This document shows, one piece after another, positions 42,200 through 56,600 of a DNA stretch of 64,000 nt. Both the position numbers and the translations under genes were made by a program. How positions within the stretch are numbered: the stretch's first letter is position 1; each line of letters starts with the position of its first letter. The DNA is from Catajapyx aquilonaris. Its lineage: Eukaryota. Where the stretch lies: positions 1 through 64,000 of the forward strand of contig JYFJ02001673.1 in NCBI GenBank assembly GCA_000934665.2, given 5' to 3'. A model generated the notes under the pieces. The model was not told where the DNA came from, ran no database searches, and saw nothing but the letters and a program-made list of their open reading frames with translations.

Positions 42200-42480
42200 C
42201 CGCCGGTTATTTTCTCCTTGTGTAACGGACTTGCCAAATGGACCTCATGAAGTACAGCAGTTCCGGGAACAACGTCTCAAGAAGATGGTACGGCATAAAA
42301 TCAAGAGCCATTGGCTTTTTGGCTTTTCGGGTTCTACACACTCTTTGGAGTGTCCCTTCCCGGATTCGTTCCTCTACATAGCCCAGTGCTTTATGGCCAC
42401 AGAATGTTGGCCCAGCTCTCCACAAAAGGAGGCTGAAATCTCTCTCTTTGGATTCCGTCCTGGACCCCGAATAACTCTTG
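42200..42480 (-). mobile_element. Possible degraded LINE ORF1 zinc-knuckle region
   Basis: Fragments FCGELG, GHKA and GHSKECVEPEK scattered across frames; heavily decayed. Confidence 0.25.
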
Positions 42481-45400
42481 GGCAGCCATTTTCATATTTT
42501 GACGACCGCAGTTTACCCGGAAAGGGATTGCAGAATGAAAGCCATTTGTTTTCAACTTTTCTTTTAATGGGACGATTTTCGGGGAAGTTGAAGAGGTCGC
42601 CTGCTAGAACGTGACCTGCAGCCAGACCCGAGTCTGCCTAATTCCGCTCCAACAGAGGGCATCCCCAGCAAAATTCGGCGGTCCAATTAATTTGACTAAT
42701 CCCCGGTCACTTGTCCCCGATAGACACGTGTCAAATGCAGCAACGACACGCCTTCATTCAGAGACCAGCGCAGCAGTCCCTGGGATCCTTCCGTCGTAAA
42801 AGCCTCTCCGACCCAATCGTAACTTGCCACACTCCTCCAGTTTAAAGGGGGAGTAATTGATGTGAATTTTAGGCAGCCCATTTCCACTTAATCCAATCTC
42901 CTGGGGAAAATGGAGAGACGTTTTTCGCCTCCTATTTCTTTCCAGTTTTGCCTCCGTTAACTTCTGGCCTTCCCTCCCCTACTATCCCGGCGCGAAAAAG
43001 CAGGAGCATGCAAAAACCTACAGGATCTCTCATAACGATTCGGGCCAACTAACTTCTCACGTTATGAAACACCCTGTATTCTGGGATGGGTGAGGACGCA
43101 TTTCCGGCTGAAACCAGGAATAATGGTGACCTGGTAATGATTTCTCTCCCTTTTCCCCTAGTTTGGGGAGCAGTGAGTAAATATGTGTCCCTCGAGGGGG
43201 GTTTCTAAGGTCTCCTCCGGCAGTATAGTCTCCCCCACGGCACTCATTTTCACCAATGGGATCCCCCGCTGGAAATAGCCGCCATTCTTTTCGGACCAGT
43301 GATTGGCGAAGGAGGGAAGGGAAAGGACGGTGGGGGGTTCTGCTACATGGTATTTTCTCCGGGATGCTTTTCCGGGGCGCTTGTGGACCGCTGCCGAAAA
43401 AGGAGTGTCACTCAATCTGGTTAATGCACCTTCCACCTCTTAACACCCATTCCCCTAATGGACTTTGTAATACGAATCCGAGTCCCCCCAGTTCAGCAGC
43501 TTGGATCGGACAGGCTTGGGATCTTTTGTATTACAATTATTATGATGCACTAGAGTCCGACGGTTTAAGTAAACTGCAGGTCGCAGGAAATACCATTTCA
43601 GGAGTGAAAAGATTATATAGAAGCAACTTCTCTCTAATAGTAGCGAATATATATTTTTAGAACTTATTACACTGGCTCTATTTATTGGACGTGATCACGT
43701 GATCGTTCTCTCGTTTTCCGTACATTATGCTTGTTTTTTCATAAAACTTAAGCTGTCAACTTGAATTACCGGTACTAATATATAGAAAAGTGTCTGTTCT
43801 TTGGTACAATATACGAGCTATTAATATCAATAATCGGATCGGATCTGCGTAATTAATTTCTGCTATTACAGTTATTGTCGTTCGAATGTGAACATATTAT
43901 GACGGATTTCTATTGTGGCTTTTCCTGCTGCCGGAAAATATGGGTCAAACAATCTATCCAATTATTCTTCATGTCAAGTTACTCGTGTAAATTATGCCAA
44001 TGTATTCAAATGTAGAGGATTTTTGGTCGGTTGTTTTAGAGCAAATGCTAGTGTTTGGCTGTAATCGATTTGGCAACGTTTTAAAAACAATATGCCGTGA
44101 ATGAGCGTCACTCAGAGCAAATCAGAAATGCCAATACGGAATACAAATGCAGTTAGTTAGTAGACAGCAGCATGATTGCTTTTTAGTTTACGGCCTAATC
44201 ATCCCGCAGCACTTGTTGCATTTATCCGCCCGCACTGGTTTATAAACAACAAAATCTGCAAGAATTTTTCTCTCACAATTTGCATACCTGCGCCCTCTTG
44301 TGCAATTAGACCGTGTGACTATATAATTTCAGACTCCATCTCCGCATTGAGCGACTCCGCAACACAACATTTGGGGCAGGGTGGGATGTAGATTTAATCC
44401 TTCCACATGCATTATTACGAGAAGGATAATCACGATGCAAATCGCATAATTACTGCGCATAAGCCTTTAGGCGCATCAGGAGCGTAGGTGGCCCGGGATG
44501 CTGGTGTTATATAGTGAGAGAGAGAGTCCAGGGGTCTGTTATATACGGCAAATGCGCTGCTTATTAAGGATCCAAATACTGTACGAGAGCATTTCAATTG
44601 ATGAAAAGCTCTATCAATGCAATATCGGAGGCGGGAAAATCTGCAGCTGCGTGGTGGAAATTGGTTAATAATTTAATTCGATTCCGCACATAATCGGTGG
44701 CATCGAGGTGACATTGCCCGATAAAACCCTTCCCCTAATAATTGTGTCGCGTTGCAATATCAATCCCTTACTATGACGCGAATAAATTTTAAGCAGGCGA
44801 ATATACACGTCGGCGATTATTTTCGCAGGATGGCGTGAGACGCTATCGGGTCTGAATGCATGCGAAAGATAGGTCTAATTGCCACAACACGAGTCACGGA
44901 AAAGACACGTATATATGTGAGCCGGGGATTGCTATTTTAACATCCCGCTCCTGATCCTTTATGACTCTCCGAAACGCGGCTGCCAGCTTTCAGATTTCCA
45001 TCGGACCCGCTCAGAGTTATCGGAGTCTACAACAGGTATAGGTGCGAAAAGTGCTTGGACTCAGGTCGGCAGCACCTTTTGTCCCGGGTTTATTTGCGAA
45101 TAAAAATGGCTGGGAGACGACCTTTGCCTGCCTTTTCTCTGGGATGAAGCAGTCATTAGCTGGGCGGAATTCATCAGTCGTGATGACTCGGAGAACCGTC
45201 ATCCAAGAATGAATAGTGCCCATTTCTCTGTCGCCGAGTAGTTAGGAAAGGTGATTGGGTATGTGCAAAACGAGCTTTTACTCCGTCCGAATAAGCGTCG
45301 ACGCCTAAATGGTGCAGATAACCGCTGAAAGGACGGCCCGGAGTGTTCTTTCCCGTGTCAGCAAAGCACTGGGCTGCTGATCATCCAGAAGAGAATCTCA

Positions 45401-47294
45401 GCCAAGGTGCGTCATGGCCTCAACACTGCCCCGTTTTAAATTTCTTGATAAAACTGGAGAAAATTACGCGACGGTAAGAACGACTGACTTTGTGACCATA
45501 CGTACAGTGGTTATAGGGTTTCACATGCCGTTTAATAAGGATGGCGTTTGCTATAACTACCACTTCTCTCATGATATCAATTTTTGATGTGGTGTACAGT
45601 ATGTGGGTTCTCATTTGTGTTTCATTATGATTACAACCCTAGAGTGTTTCCTGAAACTCGACGCACTTTATGGGAAAGCATGAGTGCATAATAATTTGGG
45701 ACGTCAGCATTAGTGCTGTCATTTCCTGTGGACGTAAGTGAAGCTTGAATATGGGCCATCCCAATGAGTAGAGGCCTCTCAATGTGATGTAAGTTTGATT
45801 GTTTAAGTCAAATCATGTATTAAATGTTGTTGAGTATGAGTGCCGCCCCTCCAGCTCAGTATACAAAGTTAACTTTAATGCGTGTTGCATCATTACAGGC
45901 TGTATTCACTAGCCATGATTGAATGATGTAAGCTTCAGCATATATAGGTTACATGATATAATGTAGTTGGGGCATTTCACACGCCTACGGGTGATATAGC
46001 TAAGCTCTATCAGAAACAGCATGTGTGAAACCTAACCAGATGGTGATGATGTGGTAAACCGCTTAGGCAATTTCTGTATAAAAACTATTTATAAAAATAT
46101 GAGGCCGCCGTAACATTAGCGTAGTCGGATCCTCCACGCAAGCTGAAAGCCCTTAAAGCGATTTAGAATGCATAGAGGAGCCCTTTAGCAGGCCTCATTC
46201 CTGCTGTAATGTGTAACAAGCAACCCCTGAGGTTCGCATTAAGCATCCCCAGGGTGAAATTAATTAGCAATCAAAACTAAGCTTCCCTGACGCTAAGATT
46301 CATGGAAAGGGTGAGAATATAATCGATATTATTTCATTTGGAACCCGTATCGCATCTACTCTCCGAGAATGAAACAAGCCGGTGAAATATGTAAATCCCA
46401 GCAAAATGGGGGCCGGAGAAATCCATAGAATTGCATCTCATTGTGGCTGTTCTGTAAGGTGTCTCTTCGACACAGCAGGGTCACGCTTTTCTTAGTTTTC
46501 ACCGCTCTCAGAGAGGCTGGAGAGAGCCATTTTCATTAGTAAGGTTTTTAATCATGCTTTGGTACATAATGAAGCAGCCCCAGTCACTTACAGAGTAATT
46601 AAGATGGCGTAACTCGACAGAACAATGCCACGCAGAAAATGAAATTAATAAGGGGTTGGGTAGGGTCGGTCGAATTACTTTCTCCGCTCAATAATAATAA
46701 CCAGCATATAGTCTCGAGGGAAGCTTTGCCATGGAAAAGGTACGTAAAGCTGGAGCAGCAGCATCAGGTGGGAAGAGGATGAATCAATAATACTGGTAAT
46801 GACTCCTGCCTCTCCGAAAAGAACATTTTCATCAGGAAGGAGAATATGGCTTCCGGGGATGGTCTGACAAAAGATGGGTGAAGGTATAGGCCATATAGGG
46901 TGAAGAGAAAAGAGAAGATCTCTTTTGCGAGAGGAAGCAAGGGTTACCACTTGGCAAAGGGGACGATTTTCAAGCCCAAACGGAAGCGAAATCTGCGCTT
47001 CGAGACCTTCCTTATTGTCCTTTGCTTTCTGGCTCTCTGAATTTTTTATGTCGGAGCTTTCGAGACCTAGGTTTCCTTGATGAGTACCCCACCATTTTGT
47101 AAGGACAGGGGTAAGCTTTCACGCGGACATTCTAGAGGTACCGGTGTACTCATTTTGGAGCCTATTTGCGAGGAAATGGCTGCCTTTTTCCCTGAGGAAA
47201 TGAGTGAAGGCAAGGAGAGGTATTGTGCTGGAGGATAAATGGACAAAAAAATAGGCTGATAGGAAGGTCTGTGTGGGACGAGAATTACATTGGA

Positions 47295-47660
47295 GCTGAA
47301 ATTGGCTGTAATTGGCTCAATGGACTAAAGGAGAGTCGAACCATTGTGGAATAAAATGACTGTCTCTTTTATTTGACTTAAGAAAAGGACTTTCATGTTG
47401 TTGTCCACATTTCCTATTACGGTACCAATGCGTGCAACAGTGTGGGCCAGCACAAGTTCTGGCAAATCGACAGGACATTTTTCAGCACTTTTTAACCGCA
47501 ATGTGGAACCGATCCGGGCGTCACACTTGACAATTAATGTAATACCATCAGGACCTGCGCTGGGATAATCGGAGAAACGTGCTCCGATCACACGGGGAGG
47601 GAAACCCTAGACTCTTAATCACCATCAAAAAAATAGTGTGGAAGTCTCCCAGAGTCCGAA
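47295..47660 (-). mobile_element. Degraded LINE ORF2 remnant
   Basis: Collinear fragments LGDFH (endonuclease GDFN-like), SAGPDGIT, VILFHNG and NY(R)PIS, motifs typical of the region upstream of LINE reverse transcriptase. Confidence 0.5.
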
Positions 47661-50600
47661 TTATGACAGGGCTTGGAATGGGAGTGAAATTGAATCGAGG
47701 CGCATGGCTGGGCAGGCAGTAAACCGTCCAACTTGCTTGTCCTCGTGAATTATTTAAGGGGCCACCTTGTCGTTGAGGGCCGCATAACGAGCGGACCGGG
47801 TGTGTATTTCGGTGCCTGGCGGAGAATATCAGGCCTGTAATCAAGGGGGTTAACAATAGCCTCATGCCTTCACCCCAACCCCTCAACATTCATGCGCTAC
47901 ACGCTCCAAGTTACAGATATAATATTTGCGGCCGATTATAGGGCGGAGTGGCGGCGGCCATCTCTGTAGGGAAGCTATAAATCTCTGCCACGGCTTGTTC
48001 CGTGTCCATAGTTCCATAAGGGATAATAGATTGTCCCCCTGAAAGAAGCCCCCCTGCCAACCATATACTCCCCATGCACAACTCCTGGGCCGATGAATCG
48101 CTCTCGGTTCATTGTAGGGCTTTCGACCATCGTTGGGGAAATAATACGTATCAAGGGGTTGGGGTGTCATCACCCCCGGAGAGTTTTGTGTGCAAGAATG
48201 TCCTCCCCCTAACGCCATTTCTCTGTGGACTTGGCATTTACAAAGGCCAGCAAAAAGTTTGTGGGGAGGAGAGAGGGGAAATGTGATGAATCCGTATGTG
48301 TGATGGGATGGAACGGGGATTCTCAATATATAGAGTGACCAGGGAGTCATAAAAGTGCAATAACAAAATTAATAACAGCACGAGCAGTGGAATACTGCGC
48401 AATGCGCGTATATTTCTGATATTGATTGTGAATTATTTACAGGTACTTCTTCTACATAATATTACAGTAACAGTACGCTTTCCGATGCTCGAAAACAGGA
48501 AGAGGCGCGAGAAAGATTGCTTGTGGGGATTGCACAGTGTTTAATGGAAACGGATGTTAGTAAACCGATTTGCATATTTCGCTTTTATGTCCAGTGTATT
48601 CAAAGTTGATGAAAAGTCCAGTAGGCAATATAAGGATTTTGTTGTTCGATGTTGACTGTACTGAAGCCAGGTTGAGTTGAAGCCATACTGACTGCCAACG
48701 GGCGACTAGTGTATAGACAAGGAGAATAATTTCCTTTACAAAGCTAAAAGTGTAGCTCTTATAAATTACAAGCCAACAAATCTGGCACTGTATAATAACT
48801 AATACGAGTGCAGTTTTCGAAATGCAAACATATTACAGTAAAAGGTTTCGTCATCTCTCGTTCAATGCAGTTTTTGCATTTGTTTTGGTGCCCTATATTC
48901 TCTGTCATTTTTTCTTGTTAAGTCATGCAAGATGCACAGTGCACAACCTGTGTTTGTGTATATTTAAAAAATCCTCCTTTTATGACGACAACTCTTTTCA
49001 TTTGTTGCATTTGTGTGTAATTAACCCAATGCATGCCATAATGATGAACGATTTGAGGGATTTATCATTGCCAACATGGCGGAAACTACACAGCAAAATC
49101 GGTTTCCTGGCCAACGTACGTACGTTCAAAAATGATGTCAAACATGCGCGTGATATTTATTATTATTTTATACATGATAAAAGAAAGGGAGCGAGAGTAC
49201 AAATCTGAAAAATATCAGTGTATGTAAACAGAAAGTGAGCTTGATCGAATGGTACAGTAACATTCAACAACATGTACGATTTAGACCCGCATGTTGTAAC
49301 CATCTGCGGAATAGTTTCTACAAAAACTAGTGCACAAAAATGTAAGTGTGAAAAAATATGGATCCGAAATACTGATGCAAGGAATAAGTAGATCATCTGG
49401 GAAAGTGTTAATTTTACAAACAGAACCTTTGGAACACTTCGTCAAAGCCACTGTCAATATTGCTTCGAGTGCCATGTTCCAGTCTATACAACCAACAAAG
49501 TGTTATGGATAGCCCCTCGCGATCTTTCGTTTCCTGAACACACGTAAGAGTTAATCTGGTGTCAGCTATGAGCCACGCGAGCCCGACATTTCGTAGGTCT
49601 CTAATAGACGGGCAATTCGATTAGTTACGGATGAATCGCATCCCGGTTTCTTCCGACTGTTAGGGGATCAAAGGACTTTTGATTTATTAGTGGGCGCGAT
49701 GAGGGAACCAGAAAGAGAATTATCGCGAGGATGCAGTGGCCTGCCACAAATCTAATTCGGAGGTAATTTGCCGCGTTTCGACACCTGACAGACCGCCCAC
49801 TAGGCCTAAGTTGGTTAACCTCCCTCAACCAACCAGGAGAAATGGGATGAGGAAAAATTTGGGCAGAGGGACACCGAGTAATTGTCAACCGACTTTGGGT
49901 AATGAGCCCCCTCTGACATTATCAAGAGATGACCAACCGGGGGGTCCCAAACCTGGCCTAAATTTAATTTTGCTCTGACCTATAAAACGGAGATTTATAG
50001 TTCGGGTTTCTCCCCTGGCATCGTCAGACTTTGGGGGGAACCGAAGAGGAGAAGAGAGGAAGGAAGGGCGTGAGTCACTCCCGGATAAATAAAATGCGGG
50101 GGACCGGTCATTGGGTCTGGGGAGAGGATGAAACCGGGCGGTTGGGAGGCCACAAGTCCATTATCTAAAGTGAGGACTCCACTTTGCCATATGTACTGCA
50201 ATCTGGACAGGGGGCCACCGGTCATGAGGGTTTTGCTTGATTTACGAGGCAGACGAACTGCCACTGTTCATGGAAATATTGCTCTTGAAACATACAGGGT
50301 GTAAGAACTCTCATTATTATTCTGTGGAGAACTCACTCCCCTGAAAAATGCTCGAAATTAATGTATTTCGTAATGGAAATGCAGCCTCCCAACTTAACAA
50401 ATAGTCATATCATGTAGTCATGCAGCATAAGAGTCTTGTTTCTGTAGGCAAGGCAACCTGAAGACCTGCAATGCCGGACAATCAGCATCATTTTGGTCCA
50501 AATATATATTGCAACCTTGATATATTGAGTTAAGATTTGCGTAGCATACTCTTTGAAGGAAAAAAGGATCAAAATTCCGTAAGTTATAAAGAGACCTTCA

Positions 50601-53600
50601 AACTTCAAATGATCACAGAGTAGGCCTGCTTGAAACACTCTGCATTTCAGGTCTTCATCTAGATTTTTCAGATTTTATGCAAAGAGTGTGATATGAACAT
50701 CATTGGCTGAATCTAATCTCTGGGACATAAATTTGTTTCTTCTTCAATATGTGACATTTTGCATAAAAATAAGAGCCGCTGAAATTATTCGTATTAGTAA
50801 ATATCAAATGATCCAACAAAACGAAAATGGACTTTTCAGCACAAATGATGTTTGCCGAAGCCAGAGCATTATGCCGCTTTCCATTTGTTTCATTTCAGTT
50901 TGCGGTTGCGGGAGATAACAGTCGATGATGTTATTAAAGCTTGTATTAATTATTTGCCCGTCAAAGGAAAGCTAATAATTTACATTGGATAATGTCCCCC
51001 ATTTATATTTTCAATCTCACGGGTGCTTTATGGGATCAATGGCTGTTGACCAAGTTCTCAGTGCAATAAACTGATCTTCATGAAGTATTAATAGATAATA
51101 CGTTAACAAAGGATTTACGGAGACTACAGCAAATTGACGATACAATCACTTCATAATGTGCGTTTTTATATTTTATATTATCAAAATAAATCCACAAGTT
51201 TGCACGAAAATACAGCATACCGGTGTGCAACGGAATTTTTGCATATAAATATAGGATCTGCATCGTTATCACTTTCTCGTACGGCGTAAGGATAATATAA
51301 TATAATGTACACTTGCTCTTCGAATTCTCAATGCGTATGAGTTAATACTGTATTTTACGTAAAATACATTTCGGAAAACATGATGTGAAAATGCAGCATA
51401 AATGTTTCAAAAAAGTTTCAAAAATTTCGTGCTATTCTGCCCAGTCTGCTGGTTTTAAACTGAAAGCATACAATGTTTGCCCAGGTAGCCTATATACTTA
51501 TTGCAACATGTATGCACCGTTAATTTTATAACCTCGTAATGGATGAGAAAGTGGCAGACTATAAGGTCTGACATTTATTATGGATTGTGTACGTGCCGTA
51601 CTGTTAATCAGCCCAACAGCTGTAGGGCTCCTGCTTTCAACCCGAATTTTTTTCCTCTCTTTTTGTAACACACTGTCCGCCTATCATTTCCCCGGGCTGA
51701 GCCATAAAGCAGCTAGTGTCACAAAAATCTCTGTCAATGTACTCCGAGCCAATCAGCGGTCGCATTTACACCCCGTATATGTACTTGCCGCATGATCCAG
51801 ATTGACCCGCCAGCGCAATAAAACCGGCCTTTTGTTACACTGCTCCAGTGAATTAGTCCCCGTTAATTGCAAAGAAACGGGGGTGTAATTCAGTCCGTCC
51901 GCTAAGTAATTTCGGTGTTGATATAATTGACGTAACTCCGGGGGCAGTTGCGGGAATATTTACTCTTATTACAAGGTGCACGCAGTCGTTTCTGGGCAAT
52001 GTATCCCAGCCTAATATGAGCTGTGCAATAGGGCCATTCGAGAGAGAAAAGCGGGTGAAAAGACACGGCCGAGGAAATTCCAGCAGCTGCTATTCAGAGG
52101 CACACACCAGCAATTCCATTGGAGCTGCTACTGCTGCCTCTCTCGATGTCTGCGGCACCACCCAGAGACATTCACGTCTCTGGTTTCCGCAACTCATTAT
52201 AAAGAAGTTAATAAATTAGCCACCTAATGCTAATGAAGCCAATCGGGGGAGGGACGGTATTATGCGTTGATCTGTACTTTCGGAGAGAGATAAATTAGGC
52301 GGGTTTTATTCGCGCAGCCTCCTTTGTAATGGTAAATGATCGGGATCTAATGAGGTATAAAGAGAGAGAAGGGGGGTGGTGTAAGAAGAAGATGGAATAT
52401 TTTGAGCTCTGCTGCAAAGTGGTTCAAGATGTATTGAGGGAAGGAGAACTGACGACATTAGTAATAATGAGGATAAGTGCTGGCAATTTATTACCGAGAC
52501 GGGAGGAGAACACGGGCAAAGAAAGTGTCAAACGAGAGGGAAGGATTCTTAAGAAAGACGTCTTATATTCCTTGGGGAGAGGGCAGGAGTTCACGTGAAA
52601 ATAGGAGCAGATTCTTACAATATTTTTAATTATAATATTAAACGTATATATGATAATGTTAGAGTATGTATGTCTCAGAGACGTATAGTAAGTTGGGCTG
52701 AATGCACAGTGGAAATTAGAAAGAAAGCGAATTTCTGCTTTCTTCCAAGAACCTTCCGAAAAAAAGCGATTTAGGGACTGCTGAGACAAAGTTCTTTGAG
52801 GATATAGGCGAGCTGGTGGAGTAGTACAATTTGGGAAGAAAAAAAAGTCCCTGGGCTTATACGCCCTAGTTAGAACTTTCACTTTCCATGTGCTTCCCAT
52901 TTGGGCTGGCGCGGATAAAGGCCAGGTCATGGCTTGGAATTTGCATAGAGAATATCAATGCCGGTCGCGGCCCATCCTCTCGTTCAACATCAGCCGCTCC
53001 TTGCATTACTCCTGTAATGATCGCTTCCTTTGCTGGTAAGGTCCTCCTGTCTCTCCTTCTGCTGAGTCTACAAACCAATGCGAATGGGTGGGGAGAGGAT
53101 CCATGTTGAGAAGTTTTCTTTTGAGTTTCTCAGACTCCAAATTGGTTATACAGGACCTTGTTTCCTAATATTACGTGAAGCGGAAAATGTCGTACCCGAT
53201 AAAGGGGGTTAATGCTAGTATTGGATTTACTCTAACATTGTTCCGTCCCAGACTTCATTCTTTCGGGGGTCTATCAAGAGCTCAGGAATAAAACGGGGAC
53301 GATCTACAGTTCTACGGACGTCAGGTAGCTTATACAGTGTCAGTACTTTTAAGCTAATTAGCCTGCGCAGATTTTAGTAAATGTGTCGGAATGGTTAGGA
53401 AATTAGCTGCGTTGTATTAATGGATCATAGAGACACCTTGTATATACAGTACAAGGCTTATTTTTTTAAATGTGTAATTTCATTACAGGCGATAGGAACA
53501 ATCGTCTATATGTTGCCTTTGAAGCCAGCAGAATTTTTCCAACTGGCTGTCCTATGCTGGGAAGAAACGGAGCCAGTTTTCTTAAATCCGAGAGAATGGG

Positions 53601-56600
53601 TAGGAAAAACCTGGGAAGGCGCGGTGATGTGATTTGCTTCCAATTGTCACTAAATCACCGAGGAGCGCAAAGCCCGGTAATTTGCATAATTTACGATTTA
53701 AACATCACTTCCCCAGAGCTGCGGCGAAACGCCGGTTTTGAATATGGAATAAGCCTTTAGCCCATAATTTAAGGGGGTATTATGTAATCCCCCACAGTGT
53801 CATATCGGGCCTGGATTAGTAAGTTGGCAAATCAAATTCCGCCTCGACTCAGGCAGAAGAGAAGAGAATGCTTGCACTTGATATACTTTTGATGAAGAAC
53901 TCGCAGTGGGAGACAACTAATGGCATTTTTCTTCCCCGAGAAATCTCATCGCTTCAGCTTCTTTTTCCGTGGTCTCAGAGGGGGTGGAAAGAAGAAGAAG
54001 AAAAAAAGTGTCGCGAGAAAAAATTAGCACTTTTGCTTTATGGTAATGTAATGCAGGAGTGCCTGGATGGCACGGAAGGAATAAGTGCACATTAGCGTTC
54101 ATCGTTAACACCGCGACAGTGACATTTATTAGAATACCGCAGGCCCATGAAACAATTTTACGACCTTAAATCTAAACAGTAATATTTATTAATAGATACT
54201 TTCTTACGGCTCAATTTATAGCTTTTCTACGTGCAGATCGACGCTGTAAATCGACCAAACCCCCCCTGATATTTATACAGTACTTGAACGTTGTCGGGTA
54301 AACGTAAATGCACTGAATTTGCTTGGTAATACAGGGTGTGTTTACTTGTTAGCACGCAACAACAAACTGTCGGGTGATTTTGGCGAAAAGCGTCCGTTTT
54401 AATCAGTCAGTTCCAGTACATTGCTTTATTGCGTCGGGTTGTGTCGAGCACCTCATTCAAAATTTGTGCTAACAGACAGCGCACTTTAATATGATCACTT
54501 GGAAATTATTATTTACGACATGTCCATGGTTCGGTCTATTAATTTTAAATAGTTTTCCTGTCTTTAATTTCACTCCTGGTGTAGTTGCTCCTGAGAAAAT
54601 ATTAAAGTTGCTGGTCAGTTTGGATAGCTGCCACCTGTTACTTATAGCAACTGGTTTTTGATATTATAAATAAACAAACAAACAAAGAGGCAAATAAATA
54701 AATACTCCAGGACCTAAACCAGCAAGTCTTAGTTTTTGATATACGGTGTCCGTAAAATGCATTTCATAGTACTGAGAAAACATGCAGGCCACCACTTACA
54801 TTAGCCACATGGACCATTCTGTTCTGCAGACCATTACTTCTAAACTAGCCATACCATGTCTGGTGCATTGTACATTTCTGAAATGTTCCAAGTTAATATT
54901 AGGAACCGGCACTTTTATAGTTTCCAAGGAGAGGGGGTATGGCGTGAATTTTTTTTTTATCTCGTGGGCCACTGGCAAAAGGCGGTAGGAAAAAGTTGGC
55001 GTGCAATATTATCGGGAACAGCAGATGCAATCGGAAGCCAAGTTTTCGCAGATGGGCAAAAGAGATGAAAGAGCTGGTAAAAGTGTGGTACGGGTCGGGA
55101 CCATCTTAGGAAAGACTTCTTCCAAAGTGCAGATGGGAAAGTCTAGCGCCAACTTAAATGCCACTCTTGTTTCCCGCAAGTTGCTCCTGAGGAAGGAAGG
55201 AAAAGGGGAGCTTCTTCGACGACGAGCTGGTTTCCTTCTAATCTGCCAAATCGGCCGCTCGGATTATTGGTAATGATGAATCGGAGGGCATAATGGCCAA
55301 GGGAGGTGGCTACGGAGACTGCTAATGACCCTCTCTAACTTCTCAATGAGGAGCCAAATGGAATCATTAGGGGAATAAATGTCGCTTTAATGAGGTGGGC
55401 CCGTAGTAGGTGGCCTACTGGGATGTTCCCTTCATTCCCCGTAACGGTCCCACCTCGCCGCCTGGTTATTTTGACTAATCAAGCCACAACAGCAAGCCTT
55501 CCCCCTCCCACCTACCACGTTTTTCCCCGGGATTTTACACTCATTACCAGGGCACAACGTGATGCGAGCAGGAAATGCAATATTTCCGGCCGCAATTACC
55601 TTGCCACTCCACTTTCTTCATACCAAGCACCTGATTTGTTGGAGGAAGAAGGAACCCGGAGAGAGGGAGCCCTTTTTGTTCTCGAATTAAAAAATAACCA
55701 CAAATTTGGTTTCAGGGATGAAATGTTACACCTAATGATCCTGAGGGAGAGAAGGGGGAAGTAGAGGAGAGGAGAGAAAAAATAGAGAGAGGCAAGTGCT
55801 GGGAATCTCATTCCAAATTCCATCGAGGTGGAAAATAATGAAAGTTTTGAGGTTGTGTACGGGGAAAGGGGGGGTAAAAAGGGGAGGAGGGAGTTTGGAC
55901 CTAATTTGCATGGAATTCAGGCCGTAATTTATTACTCGTTATTAGTGATTCCCGTATATACAGATGTAATTGTGTCAAATGGAACTCCCTCGTACTCGAG
56001 TGACCATAATTTCTAATATTTTTTTTCGCCTATCCTGAATGTAAACATACCAATTTTCGTACCCCTCTCAATCGAGCGGCATTCCATGAGGCAATAAGGC
56101 CAGTAGCATAGTCCTATTAAAAACTGCTGTAGTTGTATCAAAATTATTATAATCTTTAAAGGTAATGTCCGAATGTTTATGTCTGGTTTATCTGCTATTC
56201 AAACATGGTAAATAAAATTGGGTGTCCATGTTTCTGCAACAAAATATTCTCATCTAATAACGAGAATATTGCATGTGTCATTTTTGATATTTCTGCTTTT
56301 AATTAATGGCTTCATATAGAACGAAGCGACACATTTCGTTTCCAAGAAGTTGATATCGTATCGTGTTTCGGACACTTACCTGGAACTGTAGGAGAGAAAA
56401 CATTCCACTGTTCTATTTATAAACTCGTCTAAACTGAATTGTAGCAAAGCATTACACAATATCTGCACAAAGATGAAATGCCAATTTTTAGACACTGCTC
56501 GTTATTAGTTACCATTAAACTTAATTTTGTTTATGCCATTGCTTGCCATCATAATTTATATTGGAGAGAAAACAATATTCCTCAGTACTTTCCGAATCAG

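Noticed and set aside
52329..52930. ORFs of 89 and 168 aa
   Set aside because: Low-complexity purine-rich sequence, no domain, no consistent splice sites.
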